In this document: positions 19,913 through 30,579 of the stretch, one piece after another
How the letters are laid out: every line of letters begins with the position of its first letter
Numbering within the stretch: position 1 is the stretch's first letter
Assembly (NCBI GenBank): GCA_002320815.1
Contig: DCLA01000020.1
Coordinates: forward strand, 3,497-67,496
Length of the DNA stretch: 64,000 bases
Origin: Myxococcales bacterium UBA1660
GTDB lineage: Bacteria; Myxococcota_A; Polyangia; Polyangiales; Houyiibacteriaceae
Direction: 5' to 3'
Made by a program: the position numbers and the translations under genes
The notes under the pieces: generated by a model
What the model was told of the DNA's origin: nothing
Seen by the model: the letters and a program-made list of their open reading frames with translations, nothing else
Databases searched by the model: none

Positions 19913-19949
19913 TCATCAGTCCTGATCCCCCGTTCCGCCGAGGTCCCCC

Positions 19950-20612
19950 ATGCAGAAGCTCACCGATCGCCAGCGCGCCGTACTCGAGTTCATCTCCGAG
20001 TCCATCACCGACCGCGGCTACCCCCCCACCCTTCGGGAGATCGGCAACCACCTGGGCATCCGCAGCACCAACGGGGTGAACGACCATCTGCGCGCGCTGG
20101 AGCGGAAGGGCTACCTGACCCGCGAGGACATGAAGTCGCGCACCCTGCGGCTCGTGCGCACGCCGGATGGCGAACCGGTCGACAAGCCGAACAGCAGCCC
20201 GGCCAACGACGACGCGGACATGGTCGACATCCCGATCCTCGGTCGCGTCGCCGCCGGTGCCCTCAGCGAGGCCTTCCAGGAGCCCGAGGACACCGTGCGC
20301 ATTGACCGGATGCTGGTCGGTCGCGGCAAGGACGTCTTCGGCCTCCGGATCCGCGGTGAGTCGATGATCGAGGCCGGGATCCACGACGGGGACTACGTCT
20401 TCGTGCGCAAGCAGATCGAGGCCAAGCGCGGGGACATCGTGATCGCCCTCGTGCACGACGAGGCGACCTGCAAGACCTTCTACCCCGAGAAGGACCACAT
20501 CCGCCTGCAGCCGGAGAACAGCTCCATGGCGCCGATTCTGGTGCCCAAGAACGACTGGCGCGAGACGCAGATCCTCGGCGTCGTGGTCGGCGTCTACCGC
20601 CGCCTCGACTGA
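19950..20612 (+). CDS. lexA: SOS repressor LexA
   Basis: LTDRQ..GYPPTLREIG, GRVAAG cleavage site, GESM catalytic Ser, ATCK catalytic Lys, RLQPEN. Confidence 0.96.
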   Translation: MQKLTDRQRAVLEFISESITDRGYPPTLREIGNHLGIRSTNGVNDHLRALERKGYLTREDMKSRTLRLVRTPDGEPVDKPNSSPANDDADMVDIPILGRVAAGALSEAFQEPEDTVRIDRMLVGRGKDVFGLRIRGESMIEAGIHDGDYVFVRKQIEAKRGDIVIALVHDEATCKTFYPEKDHIRLQPENSSMAPILVPKNDWRETQILGVVVGVYRRLD

Positions 20613-20634
20613 CGCCCCGCGGCCTCGGCGCCCG

Positions 20635-20669
20635 TCAGCACGGCGCTCATCAGCACGGCGCCAATCAGC
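20635..20669. repeat. 15-bp tandem repeat (tcagcacggcgctca / tcagcacggcgccaa / tcagc) between convergent genes
   Basis: Read directly from sequence. Confidence 0.7.
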
Positions 20670-21777
20670 TCAGGGCGTCTTCCAGGGCGCTCAGACAGAG
20701 CGCGATGTGCCGCGGGGTGCACGACGCCCCCATCAGCCCGATTCGCCAGGCCTTGCCCGCGAAGTCGCCCAGCCCGCCGCCGATCTCCAGGCCGTACCGG
20801 TCCAAGAGGTGGCGGCGGACCTGCTTGTCGTCCTTGCCGTCCGGGATCCCCACGAGGGTCAGGGGCGGGAGCCGATGGGTCTCGGCGACCGGGAGCTCGA
20901 GGCCGAGCCCGCGGAGACCGGCCTGCAGCTCGCCGGAGAGCCGCGCGTGTCGCTCGTAGCGTGCCTCGAGCCCCTCGGTGAGCACCAGCCGGAGCGCCTC
21001 GTGGAGCCCGAAGATGGCGTTGACCGGCGCGGTGTGGTGGTAGGCGCGCTCGTCGCCCCAGTACCGAGCCAGGAGCCGCAGGTCGAGGTACCAGCTGCGC
21101 ACCTCGTGCTCCCGGGCCCGCACGCGCTCCATGGCCCGCTCCGAGAGCGAGATGGGCGCCAGCCCCGGAGGCGCGCTGAGGCACTTCTGGGTCCCGCTGT
21201 AGGCCGCGTCCACGCCGTGCCGATCGAGCTCGATGGGCACACCGGCGAAGCTGGTCACGCAGTCGGCGACCAGGAGCGCGCCGTGCTCGTCGGCGATGGC
21301 GCGGAAGGGCGCCAGGTCCTGGAGGACCCCGGTGGAGGTCTCGGCGTGGACCAACGCGAGCACCCGAAAGCGCCGCCCGGCGCCGGCCGCGGCGACCTTC
21401 TCGGGGTCGAGGGGCTGACCCCAGGGCGCCTTCACCTCGACGACCTCGGCGCCCTGGCGACGGGCCACCTCGGCCATGCGACCCCCGAAGACCCCGTGGG
21501 TGCAGATCAGCGCGGCGTCGCCGGGCTCGAGGAGGTTGGCGAAGAGGGTCTCCATGCCCGCCGACCCGGTGCCGCTGATGGGCAGCGTCATGGTGTTCTC
21601 GGTGCCGTAGACCGCGCGGATCATCGCGCGGCACTCGTCCATGCAGCGGAGGAACTCGGGGTCCAAGTGGCCGATGGTCGGCGCGCCCTGGGCGCGGAGG
21701 ACCTGGCTGGGCACGTCCGACGGGCCGGGGCCCATCAGCACGCGCTCCTTGGCGACGAAGGGGGCCGGGGCCTTCAC
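20665..21777 (-). CDS. Alanine-glyoxylate / serine-pyruvate aminotransferase (class V PLP)
   Basis: [36 protein letters not shown] (PLP Lys), WRIGLMG. Confidence 0.92.
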   Translation of the reverse strand: MKAPAPFVAKERVLMGPGPSDVPSQVLRAQGAPTIGHLDPEFLRCMDECRAMIRAVYGTENTMTLPISGTGSAGMETLFANLLEPGDAALICTHGVFGGRMAEVARRQGAEVVEVKAPWGQPLDPEKVAAAGAGRRFRVLALVHAETSTGVLQDLAPFRAIADEHGALLVADCVTSFAGVPIELDRHGVDAAYSGTQKCLSAPPGLAPISLSERAMERVRAREHEVRSWYLDLRLLARYWGDERAYHHTAPVNAIFGLHEALRLVLTEGLEARYERHARLSGELQAGLRGLGLELPVAETHRLPPLTLVGIPDGKDDKQVRRHLLDRYGLEIGGGLGDFAGKAWRIGLMGASCTPRHIALCLSALEDALS

Positions 21778-22172
21778 TGGATCGACTCCTCGCCCACCGG
21801 CGACTGGCTCAGGCGCGCCGCGCAGCGCCCCTCGTGGCAGAGGCAGGCGCCGCCGCAGTCGAGGGTCCCGTACTGGCAGTTGGCGGTGCACATGATGTCG
21901 GTGCAGTCCGGGGCGTTGGCGGTGGCCACGCAGGCGGCGGCGTGGCAGCAGCCGGCAGGGACGCAGTCGGCGTCGGTGGTGCAGGCGTCGTCGCCGATGA
22001 CCAGGTCGTCGTTCTCCCCGGCGGTCTCCTCGCCGCCCTCGGAGACGGGGTCGGCGGGTTCGGCCGGGTCCACCACCGGGGTGGTCTCGTCGGCGGGCTC
22101 CAGCGTGTGGTGCTCGACCGTGCAGGCCGACAGCGACAGGAGGGCCAGGGTGGCGAAGCGGAGGAATCGCAT
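21774..22172 (-). CDS. Small Cys-rich lipoprotein
   Basis: Lipobox LSAC; [40 protein letters not shown]. Confidence 0.75.
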   Translation of the reverse strand: MRFLRFATLALLSLSACTVEHHTLEPADETTPVVDPAEPADPVSEGGEETAGENDDLVIGDDACTTDADCVPAGCCHAAACVATANAPDCTDIMCTANCQYGTLDCGGACLCHEGRCAARLSQSPVGEESIQ

Positions 22173-22279
22173 GGGGCCTACGTAGTACAACCGAGCCGAG
22201 CGGTCGACGGACGGCGAGAATCGACCCCGGCATAGACCGAACCCGGATCTCGGCCGTCCGAGCGCCCCTCGGAGGATCG

Positions 22280-23926
22280 ATGAACATGCGCACGAACGAC
22301 CGGGGCCGTCCCCGGGCCGATGGAACTCGCCCACGGGCTCGGACCTTGGGTCGAATCTCGATGATGGGGATCGCCCTGGTTGCCAGCTCGATCTCGCCCG
22401 CGCCGGCGGCCGCGTTCTGCGGCTTCATGGTGTCCAGCGGCGAGGGGACCCCGACCAACGGCGGGAGCATGGTGGCCCTGATGCGCGACGGGTCGCGCAC
22501 CGTGGTCTCGATGCAGAACGACTACCAGGGGCCGCCCGAGGACTTCGCGCTGGTGATCCCGGTGCCCGAGATCCTCGAAGAAGGTCAGGTGCGCACGCTG
22601 CCCGCGGACGTCTTCGCCCGGCTGGACACCCTCGCCGCGCCACGGCTGGTCGAGTACTGGGAGCAGGACCCCTGCTACCAACCCGCCGCCTACGACTTCG
22701 AGGACGACCTGATCTCGCAGGCGGCGACGGAGTCCACGGGCGACGAAGAGCGCTCCGCGGAGCCGGAGGATCTCGGGGTCACGATCGAGGCCGAGTACGC
22801 GGTGGGCGAGTACGACGTCCTGATCCTCGGCGCCCGGGACTCGGCGGGGCTCGACACCTGGCTGCGCCGCAACGGGTACGCCATCCCCGCCGGCGCCGAA
22901 CAGGTGCTGCGCGCCTACGTCGAGCAGGACATGAAGTTCTTCGTGGCCAAGGTGGCCATCGAGCGGGTCACCTTCGACGACCGGCAGCAGGTGGTGCTCA
23001 GCCCGCTGCGCTTCCACTACGACTCGGAGCTCCTCTCGCTCCCCATCCGGCTGGGGCTCCTCAACGCGGACGGGTCCCAGGACGTGGTGGTCCACGTGCT
23101 CGGGCGCGGCGTCCGCTACGAGGTCGTGAACTACGACAACTACGCCATCCCCACCAACCTCACGGTCACCGATGAAGTTCGCGAAGCCTTCGGCTCCTTC
23201 TACGACGCCCTCTTCGACCGCATGACCGAGCTCCACCCGCGGGCGGTGATGACCGAGTACGCCTGGCAGGCGGGCTCCTGTGATCCCTGCCCCGGGCCCA
23301 CCCTGACCGCGGAGGATCTGACCCTCCTCGGCGCGGACGTGGTGCCCACCTACGAACGCGCCATCGCCCGGGGCCGCGTGCAGACCGGCTTCGAGCAGGA
23401 CTTCGTCCTCACGCGCCTGCACCTGCGGTATACCGAGCAGAGCCTCGGGGAGGACCTCGTCTTCCGCACCGCGCCGGCCATCGAAGGGGGCCGCGGGCAG
23501 CCCGGGTCCGATGGGTCGATGAGTCGCGGGGTGCGGCCCTACTCGGTGAACAACTTCCAGGCGCGCTACGCCATCCTCAACGAATGGGAGGGGCCCATCG
23601 AGTGCGCGAGCCCGCGCCGCGGGATCTGGGGCGGCCCGCCCTCGACGGTCCAGGGCACCAGCGCTCCGATGGCCGCCGCGGGCCTGGTCTTCGCGAGCCC
23701 GGTGCAGACCTCCCTCGACGCGCTCCTCAGTGGTCCGGTGCCCGAGCTCGGCCGCTCCACCGAGACCCTCCCCTCGGGCGAGGTCGAGCCGGCGCCGCGG
23801 CCCCAGATCCCCGGCTCCGGCTGCGCCCACTGCGCCGTGGACGCGACCCCCGGCCGCGCGTCGGGCTTCGGGCTGCTCCTGGTCGGCTGGGTGCTCGGCC
23901 TCATCGCCCGGCGGCGGAGGCGCTAG
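22280..23926 (+). CDS. DUF2330-domain protein with MYXO-CTERM-type sorting signal
   Basis: [37 protein letters not shown]; C-terminal GCAHC..TM..RRRRR. Confidence 0.85.
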   Translation: MNMRTNDRGRPRADGTRPRARTLGRISMMGIALVASSISPAPAAAFCGFMVSSGEGTPTNGGSMVALMRDGSRTVVSMQNDYQGPPEDFALVIPVPEILEEGQVRTLPADVFARLDTLAAPRLVEYWEQDPCYQPAAYDFEDDLISQAATESTGDEERSAEPEDLGVTIEAEYAVGEYDVLILGARDSAGLDTWLRRNGYAIPAGAEQVLRAYVEQDMKFFVAKVAIERVTFDDRQQVVLSPLRFHYDSELLSLPIRLGLLNADGSQDVVVHVLGRGVRYEVVNYDNYAIPTNLTVTDEVREAFGSFYDALFDRMTELHPRAVMTEYAWQAGSCDPCPGPTLTAEDLTLLGADVVPTYERAIARGRVQTGFEQDFVLTRLHLRYTEQSLGEDLVFRTAPAIEGGRGQPGSDGSMSRGVRPYSVNNFQARYAILNEWEGPIECASPRRGIWGGPPSTVQGTSAPMAAAGLVFASPVQTSLDALLSGPVPELGRSTETLPSGEVEPAPRPQIPGSGCAHCAVDATPGRASGFGLLLVGWVLGLIARRRRR

Positions 23927-23935
23927 GCTCGCGGG

Positions 23936-25120
23936 GTGTCGCGCAGCCTCGCCCTCGTCTCGGTGGACTTCTACTCCCGCTACGGAGTGCGTCCGCCGCT
24001 CCAGCTCCACGCCGTCGCCCGCGACGGGTCCGCCATCGGCTTCCGCCGGCAGGCGCTCTCGTCGCGGGAGTTCGAGGAGCACTGGTTCACGCCGGGCGGG
24101 GCCGAGGTCGAGGCTCCCCGCGACGTCCGTTCCCTCGCCAGCGCCCGGTGGTGCGGCCTCTACGGGCACGAGCCCCCGCGGGACGATGAACCGCCGAGCT
24201 GGCCCGAGGGCTACCGCAAGCGGTCGCAGCAGTCCGGCGAGCTCTTCTATGTCGAGGTGAGCACGCCCCTGGGGAAGCGCGAGCTCCATCGGGTCGGCCC
24301 CGAGACCAGCGAACGCGTCGACGGTCACGTGCCCAGCGACACGCAGCTCGAAGCCATTGGTGGTGGCCGCGCGGTCCGGGCCTCGAAGGACACCTGGCGC
24401 ATCGTCCGGGCCCAGGGCCCGGACCTCGTCGCCGAGCTCCCGACGAGCCTCCGGCGGATCGCCCGCGAGTGGCGGGCCAGCGCGCTCCGGCAGCTCTTCT
24501 ACCTGCCCGAGGCGGACGTCCTGGTCTTCATCTCCCAGCGGGAGGGCGCCTGGGTCGCCGCCGAAGCGTTGCGCGCGGTGGAACCGGGGGAAGCCCTGGG
24601 CGGCGCGGGCTCGCCGGTCGCCTTCGAGGTCCGGACCGAGAAGCCGAAGAGGCGTCGACCGGTCCTCCGCAAGAAGGAGCGCGAGCGATTGGCGATCCTG
24701 CAGGAGGCCGGCCTCTTCGGCGAGCTCGACGACGCGCTGCTCCGGGAGCTCGCCCACCTCGTCGGCGGGAGCGACCGCCTGGCCTCGGCCGTGGACACCG
24801 CCTTCGTCCACGGCAAGCTCCACGACCCGGCGGTGCGCTCCATCCAGAGCGTGTGGCCCGGGCTCGGCGTCGAGGCGGTGCTCCGGGAAGAAGACGGCCG
24901 GCTCCGGCTCACCGACGCCGACGGGACGGTGCGCGAGCTCCCGAACCGCACGCACCATGACTGGGCCGCGGCCCACAACGAAGCCCTGCGCGTGCTCGGC
25001 GACCCCCGCCGTCTCGTGGGCGTGCCCACCGACGACTGGGAGGAGCCGCTTTTCGTGATCTGCGACCCCGCGGGCGCCGCCGCCCTGGCCGCCACGGGCC
25101 TGGTCGACGAGGGGTACTGA
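23936..25120 (+). CDS. Hypothetical protein
   Basis: 394-aa ORF with coding-like codon usage, 9 nt after the upstream stop. Confidence 0.6.
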   Translation: MSRSLALVSVDFYSRYGVRPPLQLHAVARDGSAIGFRRQALSSREFEEHWFTPGGAEVEAPRDVRSLASARWCGLYGHEPPRDDEPPSWPEGYRKRSQQSGELFYVEVSTPLGKRELHRVGPETSERVDGHVPSDTQLEAIGGGRAVRASKDTWRIVRAQGPDLVAELPTSLRRIAREWRASALRQLFYLPEADVLVFISQREGAWVAAEALRAVEPGEALGGAGSPVAFEVRTEKPKRRRPVLRKKERERLAILQEAGLFGELDDALLRELAHLVGGSDRLASAVDTAFVHGKLHDPAVRSIQSVWPGLGVEAVLREEDGRLRLTDADGTVRELPNRTHHDWAAAHNEALRVLGDPRRLVGVPTDDWEEPLFVICDPAGAAALAATGLVDEGY

Positions 25121-25121
25121 A

Positions 25122-26333
25122 TCAACGCGCTTCGAAGACCTGGAGCGCGAAGCCGCCGTAGCCGTTGGTGGCCTTGAGCTCGGCGCGGTAGGTCCCGCCC
25201 GAGCTGGCGCAGAAGCGGGCGCTGGGGCGAGGCTCCTCGCGACTCGAGGCCCGCTCGGAGCCGTAGGCGTCCATGAAGCGGACCCGGAGCGAGCGCACCG
25301 AGGGCATCCCGACGGCGATGACCCGGTAGCACTGCCCCGAGCGCGCGGTGAAGTCGAAGGTCCGGGTCTCGCTGCGCCCGAGCTGCCCCTCCACGGCGGG
25401 GAGCAGGGGCAACATCCCTTCGCCGACCTCGCCATGGCGGTCGCGGAGCGCGCGGGCCACGAAGCCGGTCCCGGCGCCGCCCACTGGCGGGCGAGGCCGG
25501 GCGGCGGCGGCCGCGGCGGCGCGCTCGGCGGCCGCGGCGCGGAAGGTGCGCCAGGCGACTTCGCCGCCGCCCTCGGCGCGGATGCGGAGCGCGTAGTCAC
25601 CAGTCCTGGTGGGGCAGAGCGGCCGCAGCACCCCGAGGGTCGCGCGGGGCCGGCCCTGAGCGCTCCGAGCGACGCGGTCGCCGCCCGGCGCCATGAGCTC
25701 CAGGCTCAACGCGCGGACACCGGGGCCGCCGGCGGCGAGGACCCGGTAGCAGGAGCCGCCGACCAGATGGACCGGCTTCTGCGCCTGCGCGCCGTCGGTG
25801 AGCCCCTCCGTCTCCACGCCGCTGGCGGGCACCTGGCCCTCACCGTGGCGGCGGACCATCGCCTCGAGGGCGTCGTGGGACGTGGCGGCCTCCTGGGGGC
25901 TCTGGAGCGCCGACTCGGAGGCCACGCGGAAGGCCGCGGCGGCGAAGGCGCCCTCCCCCCTCGCCCGCACCTCGAGCACTCCCCGGGCGGCCGCCCCCTC
26001 GTGGCAATGGACCAACTGCGCCGGCCGCCCCTCCGCGCGGGCACGCACGCGGCCGCCGATCGTCAACGCGAGCTGCACCGGGAAGTCGGCGCCCTGCGCC
26101 ACGAGGAGCACGCAGGTGTCCGCCGGGACCTGGAAGCGCATCCGGTGACGTCCGTTGCGGCGAAGGGTCCCGTCGGCCACCTCCGTGAGGGGAGTGCCTC
26201 CGGCGTCGGCTTCCCCGCGCGCGGAGACCGCGAGCACCAGGGCCGCCCGCTGGGAGCTCTCGTCGGGGTCGTCGGCCATCGAGCGGGCCGGGAGGAGCGA
26301 ACAGAAGGCGAGGGTCAGGGCGAGGCGCGTCAC
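25122..26333 (-). CDS. Secreted protein with three ~100-aa repeated beta-sandwich-like (PPC-like) modules
   Basis: Signal peptide; repeats ADTCVLLVAQG / GGSCYRVLAAG / GQCYRVIAVG each followed by a second Cys. Confidence 0.7.
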   Translation of the reverse strand: MTRLALTLAFCSLLPARSMADDPDESSQRAALVLAVSARGEADAGGTPLTEVADGTLRRNGRHRMRFQVPADTCVLLVAQGADFPVQLALTIGGRVRARAEGRPAQLVHCHEGAAARGVLEVRARGEGAFAAAAFRVASESALQSPQEAATSHDALEAMVRRHGEGQVPASGVETEGLTDGAQAQKPVHLVGGSCYRVLAAGGPGVRALSLELMAPGGDRVARSAQGRPRATLGVLRPLCPTRTGDYALRIRAEGGGEVAWRTFRAAAAERAAAAAAARPRPPVGGAGTGFVARALRDRHGEVGEGMLPLLPAVEGQLGRSETRTFDFTARSGQCYRVIAVGMPSVRSLRVRFMDAYGSERASSREEPRPSARFCASSGGTYRAELKATNGYGGFALQVFEAR

Positions 26334-26415
26334 GGAGCGATGGTACGCACGGGGCGGGCCCGATCTTCAACCGCCGGGCTGGGGTTCGGCCGAGGTCCGT
26401 AGTAGGGATGGGGCC

Positions 26416-27918
26416 ATGACCTTGGACACCTTCGACGCTCCCGGTGACTACATCAACGGCGCCTTCGTGGTCCCCGACGCGCCCGACGAGACGCTGCGCA
26501 TCCTGAGCCCGGCGGACCAGAACGACGTGGTCGGCGTGCACCCGGTGGCCCACGACCACGTGGACCAGGCCATCGACGCCGCGCGCCGGGCCTACCCGGC
26601 TTGGCGCCGGCTGGGGGAAGCCAAGCGCCGGGAGCTGCTGCGGAAGTACCAGGAGGTCGTCCGCGGCTACGAGGCCCAGATCGCCGAGACCATCGCCCGC
26701 GAGGTGGGCAAGCCCCTCTGGGACGCGATGGGCGAGGCCAAGGCCCTGGCGGGCAAGGTCGATCTGATGCTCGGCGAGGGCGCGCGCTTCACCCGCGACG
26801 AAGCGCTGGACGATCTGCCCGGCGCCATCCGCCACCGCCCCCACGGCGTGCTGAGCGTGGTGGGTCCCTTCAACTTCCCGGCCCACCTGCCCAACGGGCA
26901 GATCGTGCCGGCGCTGCTCCACGGGAACACCGTGGTCTTCAAGCCCAGCGAGAAGACGCCCAACGCCGCGGTATGGCTGGCCCGGGCGTTCCACGAGGCC
27001 GGCTTCCCGCCCGGCGTCTTCAACGTGGTCCAGGGCGGCTCGCACAGCGCCAAGGCGCTGGTCCGGCATCGGGGCATCGACGGCATCCTCTTCACCGGCT
27101 CGGTGGCCGTGGGCCAGTCGATCGTCGCGGCCAACGCCGACCGGCCGGGGTGTCTCATCGCCCTGGAGCTGGGCGGCAAGAACGCCTCCATCGTCCTGGA
27201 CGACGCCGACGTGGAGCGTGCCGCCCGGCAGATCGCCTTCGCGGCCTACGCCAGCGCGGGTCAGCGCTGCACCGCGACCAGCCGGGTCTACGCGACCCCG
27301 GGGATCATCGACCGGCTCCAGGAGCGCCTCGCCGCCGCGGCCCAGGCGATCACCGTGGGCTACCCCCTCGATTCGGGCGTCTTCATGGGTCCGCTCATCG
27401 ACGAGGGCTCCCGGGAGCGGCTCCTCGCCGCCCAGGGCCGGGCCCGCGCGGCGGGCTTCGAGGCCATCGTGGACGGTGGCGCCCTCCCGAAGGTCGGCGA
27501 TCACCAAGGCTGGTACGTGCGCCCCTCGCTCCATCGCGCGCCCCGCGCCGACCTGGTGGTCGAGGGCTACACCCACGACGAGCTCTTCGGCCCCGACGTG
27601 GCCCTCTACCCGGTGGCCGACCTCGCGGAGGCCTGCCAGCGCGCCAACGGGACCCGCTACGGCCTCGCCGCCGCGGTCTTCACCGCCAGCGAGGAGAGCT
27701 TCGAGGCCGCGGCCGACGAGCTCCGGGTCGGCGTACTCCACTGGAACCAGTCCAGCGCCGGCGCCAGCGGCCGCCTGCCCTTCGGCGGTGTCGGCGAGAG
27801 CGGCAACCACCGCCCGGCGGGCATCCTGGCGGGCACCTTCTGCGCCTGGCCCCAGGCCGTCCGCTTCACCCCCCCCGCCGACGCCCCCCTCCCCACCTGG
27901 CCCGGCCTCTACGGCTAA
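26416..27918 (+). CDS. astD: Aldehyde dehydrogenase, succinylglutamate-semialdehyde dehydrogenase-like
   Basis: IRHRPHGVLSVVGPFNFPAHLPNG, KPSEKTP, FTGS, LELGGKN, GQRCT, PFGGVGESGNHRP; symbol tentative. Confidence 0.75.
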   Translation: MTLDTFDAPGDYINGAFVVPDAPDETLRILSPADQNDVVGVHPVAHDHVDQAIDAARRAYPAWRRLGEAKRRELLRKYQEVVRGYEAQIAETIAREVGKPLWDAMGEAKALAGKVDLMLGEGARFTRDEALDDLPGAIRHRPHGVLSVVGPFNFPAHLPNGQIVPALLHGNTVVFKPSEKTPNAAVWLARAFHEAGFPPGVFNVVQGGSHSAKALVRHRGIDGILFTGSVAVGQSIVAANADRPGCLIALELGGKNASIVLDDADVERAARQIAFAAYASAGQRCTATSRVYATPGIIDRLQERLAAAAQAITVGYPLDSGVFMGPLIDEGSRERLLAAQGRARAAGFEAIVDGGALPKVGDHQGWYVRPSLHRAPRADLVVEGYTHDELFGPDVALYPVADLAEACQRANGTRYGLAAAVFTASEESFEAAADELRVGVLHWNQSSAGASGRLPFGGVGESGNHRPAGILAGTFCAWPQAVRFTPPADAPLPTWPGLYG

Positions 27919-27919
27919 C

Positions 27920-28050
27920 GGGGACGATCGTCGTCATTGTCGTCATTCGACCCCGGGGACGATCGTCGTCATTGTCGTCATTCGACCCCGCCGGCGATCG
28001 GCCGCCGCTGGAAACATGTTTCCAATGACGACATGACGACGATCGTCCCC
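27920..28050. repeat. Two direct 35-bp repeats, a 16-bp perfect palindrome and an inverted partial copy
   Basis: ggggacgatcgtcgtcattgtcgtcattcgacccc at 27920-27954 and 27955-27989; tggaaacatgtttcca at 28009-28024; inverted copy aatgacgacatgacgacgatcgtcccc at 28024-28050. Confidence 0.9.
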
Positions 28051-28071
28051 GGCGTTTGGTATGACGGGGGG

Positions 28072-29202
28072 ATGGATGGGATGGAGTCGCTGACCTTGCC
28101 TCTCGCGCCGACGGAGCTCCCCGAGAAGCTCCGTCGCTTCGCCGACCCCAACGCGCCGGTCCCCGCCAAGACCATGGCGGCCAAGGGCCTGGTCCCCGTG
28201 CGCGGCGGCGACCTGGTCACGCTGTTGGTGCAGCTCGGCGCGGACCCGGAGCCGAGCGTCGCCGACGCCGCCCGCAAGTCGCTGCGGGACATGCCCGACG
28301 AGGTGCTCCTGCCCGCGGTGGGCGGCGAGCTCCACCCGGCCGTCCTCCACGGCCTGGCCACGAGTCTCTACGAGAACGAGGGCGTCCTCGAGCAGATCGT
28401 CGAGCACCCCAACGTCCATCCCGGGACCGTGGAGCGCGTCGCGCGGCACGCCTCGGAGCGCATCTGCGAGATCATCGCCACCAACCAAGCGCGCCTGTTG
28501 GACGCGCCGGCCATCGTCGAGTCCCTCTACAAGAACAAGCACGCGCGCATGTCCACCATCGACCGGCTGGTCGAGCTCTGCGCGCGCAACGGCGTCCGCC
28601 TGGAGGGCATCCCCAGCTTCGACGCGCACGTGAAGGCCATCCAAGGCCAGCTCATCCCCGAGCCCACCGACGAGCCGCTCCCCACCGACACCCTCTTCCA
28701 GGAAGCCCTCGCCGAAGACGACGGCGACGCCACCGCGGTCGACATCGACAAGGTCGACGGCTCGGAGACGGTGAAGGAGAAGAACAAGCCGCTCAGCTTC
28801 CGCATCCGGCAGATGAGCATCTCGGAGAAGATCCGCATGGCCGTCGTCGGCGACGCGGCGGCGCGCTCCATCCTGCTGCGCGACCCCAACCGCATGGTCT
28901 CCAACGCGGCCATCAACTCGCCCTCGATGAGCGAGCCCGAGGCCGCGGCCATCGCGCACAGCAAGGAGGTCGCCGAGGACATCCTGCGGATCATCGCCAA
29001 CCGGAAGGAGTGGACGCGGACCTACGAGGTGAAGCGCGCCCTGACCTTCAACCCGAAGACCCCGGTGGGCATCTCCATGCGCTTCCTCAGCCACATGCGG
29101 CCGAGCGACCTGAAGCTGCTGGCCAAGAGCCGCGGCGTACCCAACCCCCTGAAGACCGCCGCGAAGCAGCGGCTCGAGAAGAAGATGAAGGGACGTTCCT
29201 GA
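28072..29202 (+). CDS. Conserved helical-repeat (HEAT / LRR-variant-like) protein of unknown function
   Basis: IRQMSISEKIRMAVVGDAAARSILLRDPNRMV..SP..NPKTP pattern as recalled for deltaproteobacterial/myxobacterial hypotheticals. Confidence 0.7.
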   Translation: MDGMESLTLPLAPTELPEKLRRFADPNAPVPAKTMAAKGLVPVRGGDLVTLLVQLGADPEPSVADAARKSLRDMPDEVLLPAVGGELHPAVLHGLATSLYENEGVLEQIVEHPNVHPGTVERVARHASERICEIIATNQARLLDAPAIVESLYKNKHARMSTIDRLVELCARNGVRLEGIPSFDAHVKAIQGQLIPEPTDEPLPTDTLFQEALAEDDGDATAVDIDKVDGSETVKEKNKPLSFRIRQMSISEKIRMAVVGDAAARSILLRDPNRMVSNAAINSPSMSEPEAAAIAHSKEVAEDILRIIANRKEWTRTYEVKRALTFNPKTPVGISMRFLSHMRPSDLKLLAKSRGVPNPLKTAAKQRLEKKMKGRS

Positions 29203-30458
29203 TGGGCCTCCTGGGCAAGATCTTCGGCGGCAAGAGCGCCGCCGACCACGCCGCCACCGGCGAGACGCTCCTCGACCGCGACGACCCCGGCGGCGCCAAG
29301 CTGGCCTTCGAGAAGGCCCTGGCCAAAGCGAGCACCGACGAGGAACGGGCCACCTACCGAGCGCGCATCGACGAGGCCATGGACGGCATCGCCTACCAGC
29401 GGCTGGACGAAGCGGAGCGACTCCTGGACCAGGGCGACCACGGGCTCGCCCTGGAGGAGCTGGCCAATGCCTTGGAGGTCGCGGCCACCGACGAGGCGCG
29501 CGCCGAGATCCAGGCGCGCGTGGACGGACTGGAGCGCGAGGAGGCCATCGCCGCCGCCGCCGAGGTCGGCGAGGTGGGCGACGAGGAGAAGTGGGCCATC
29601 CTGGTCGGCGGCTGGGAGGCGGCCCAGGCCGAAGAACTCGAGGAGTACGGCGACCCACTTCGGGACGCGCTCCTCCTGCTCCACGGCGGAAAGGCCGAGG
29701 GGGCGCTCCCGCTGCTGGAGGCGCTCCTGGACGAGGCCGAGGCGCCCCGTTTCCTCTGGGCCGAGGTGGCCCGGGTTCGGCTCGCCGTGGGTGATGACAC
29801 AGGCTGCCGCGAAGCCCTCGAGGAGCTGGTGGACAGCATCGCGGCCGAGGAGATCGGCGAGGTCTGGCTGGGCGCGCAGATCAGCCTGGCGCAGCTCGCC
29901 GACGACGCCGGAGACTTCGACGAGGCCATGGCCCGGCTGCAGAAGGCGGTGGAGGTCTTCGACGACGACCACCGGCCCTACTTCCTGATGGGGCGCTTCC
30001 TGCGCGGCAAGGACCTCCCCGAGGAGGCCATCGAGGTCCTGGAGGTCGCCGCCGGTCTCCTCGACGAGATCCGCCCCGATTGGCAGGTGCTCGAGGAGCT
30101 CGGCCTGGCCTACGCCGACGCCGACCGCGAGCCCGAGGCCATCGAGACCCTCGAACGGGTGATCACCTTCTTCACCGACCGGAAGCTCCTCGACTTCCCG
30201 GTGGAGACCACCACGACCCTGGCCGCCCTCCACGAGGAGGCGGGCAAGCTCGAGCGCGCGGCCGATCTCTACGCCTCCCTGGCCCGCGGCAGCGACCGCG
30301 CCCACCACGCCGAGTACCACGCGGAGGCTGGCCGTCTCCTGGCCGAGCTGGGGCTCGCCGACGAAGCCCGTCGCATGCTCAAGCGCGCGGTGGCCCTGGC
30401 CGAGAACGACGACGAGCTGCGGGACGAAGCCCAGACCCTCCTCGACGACCTCGACTGA
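29202..30458 (+). CDS. Tetratricopeptide-repeat protein
   Basis: Repeated helical pairs ([42 protein letters not shown]); start overlaps upstream stop. Confidence 0.8.
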   Translation: MGLLGKIFGGKSAADHAATGETLLDRDDPGGAKLAFEKALAKASTDEERATYRARIDEAMDGIAYQRLDEAERLLDQGDHGLALEELANALEVAATDEARAEIQARVDGLEREEAIAAAAEVGEVGDEEKWAILVGGWEAAQAEELEEYGDPLRDALLLLHGGKAEGALPLLEALLDEAEAPRFLWAEVARVRLAVGDDTGCREALEELVDSIAAEEIGEVWLGAQISLAQLADDAGDFDEAMARLQKAVEVFDDDHRPYFLMGRFLRGKDLPEEAIEVLEVAAGLLDEIRPDWQVLEELGLAYADADREPEAIETLERVITFFTDRKLLDFPVETTTTLAALHEEAGKLERAADLYASLARGSDRAHHAEYHAEAGRLLAELGLADEARRMLKRAVALAENDDELRDEAQTLLDDLD

Positions 30459-30489
30459 CATCGCCCTTGCCGGCGGGCCGAACCCATCG

Positions 30490-30579
30490 CATGGTTCCGT
30501 CGTCAGCTCGGGGCGTGGACCGGGAAGCTCTCGGCCGCGACCGTCGACCCCTCGGGGTCTCCGGGCAGAAAGTACGCCG
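30490..30579 (+). ncRNA. Candidate structured leader of panBC (possible pan RNA motif)
   Basis: About 120-nt intergenic leader with gaccc-ctcg-gggtc hairpin and further possible pairings; position fits the pan motif but no covariance model was run. Confidence 0.3.

Noticed and set aside
27920-27989. CRISPR interpretation of the 35-bp direct repeats
   Set aside because: The copies are adjacent with no spacer
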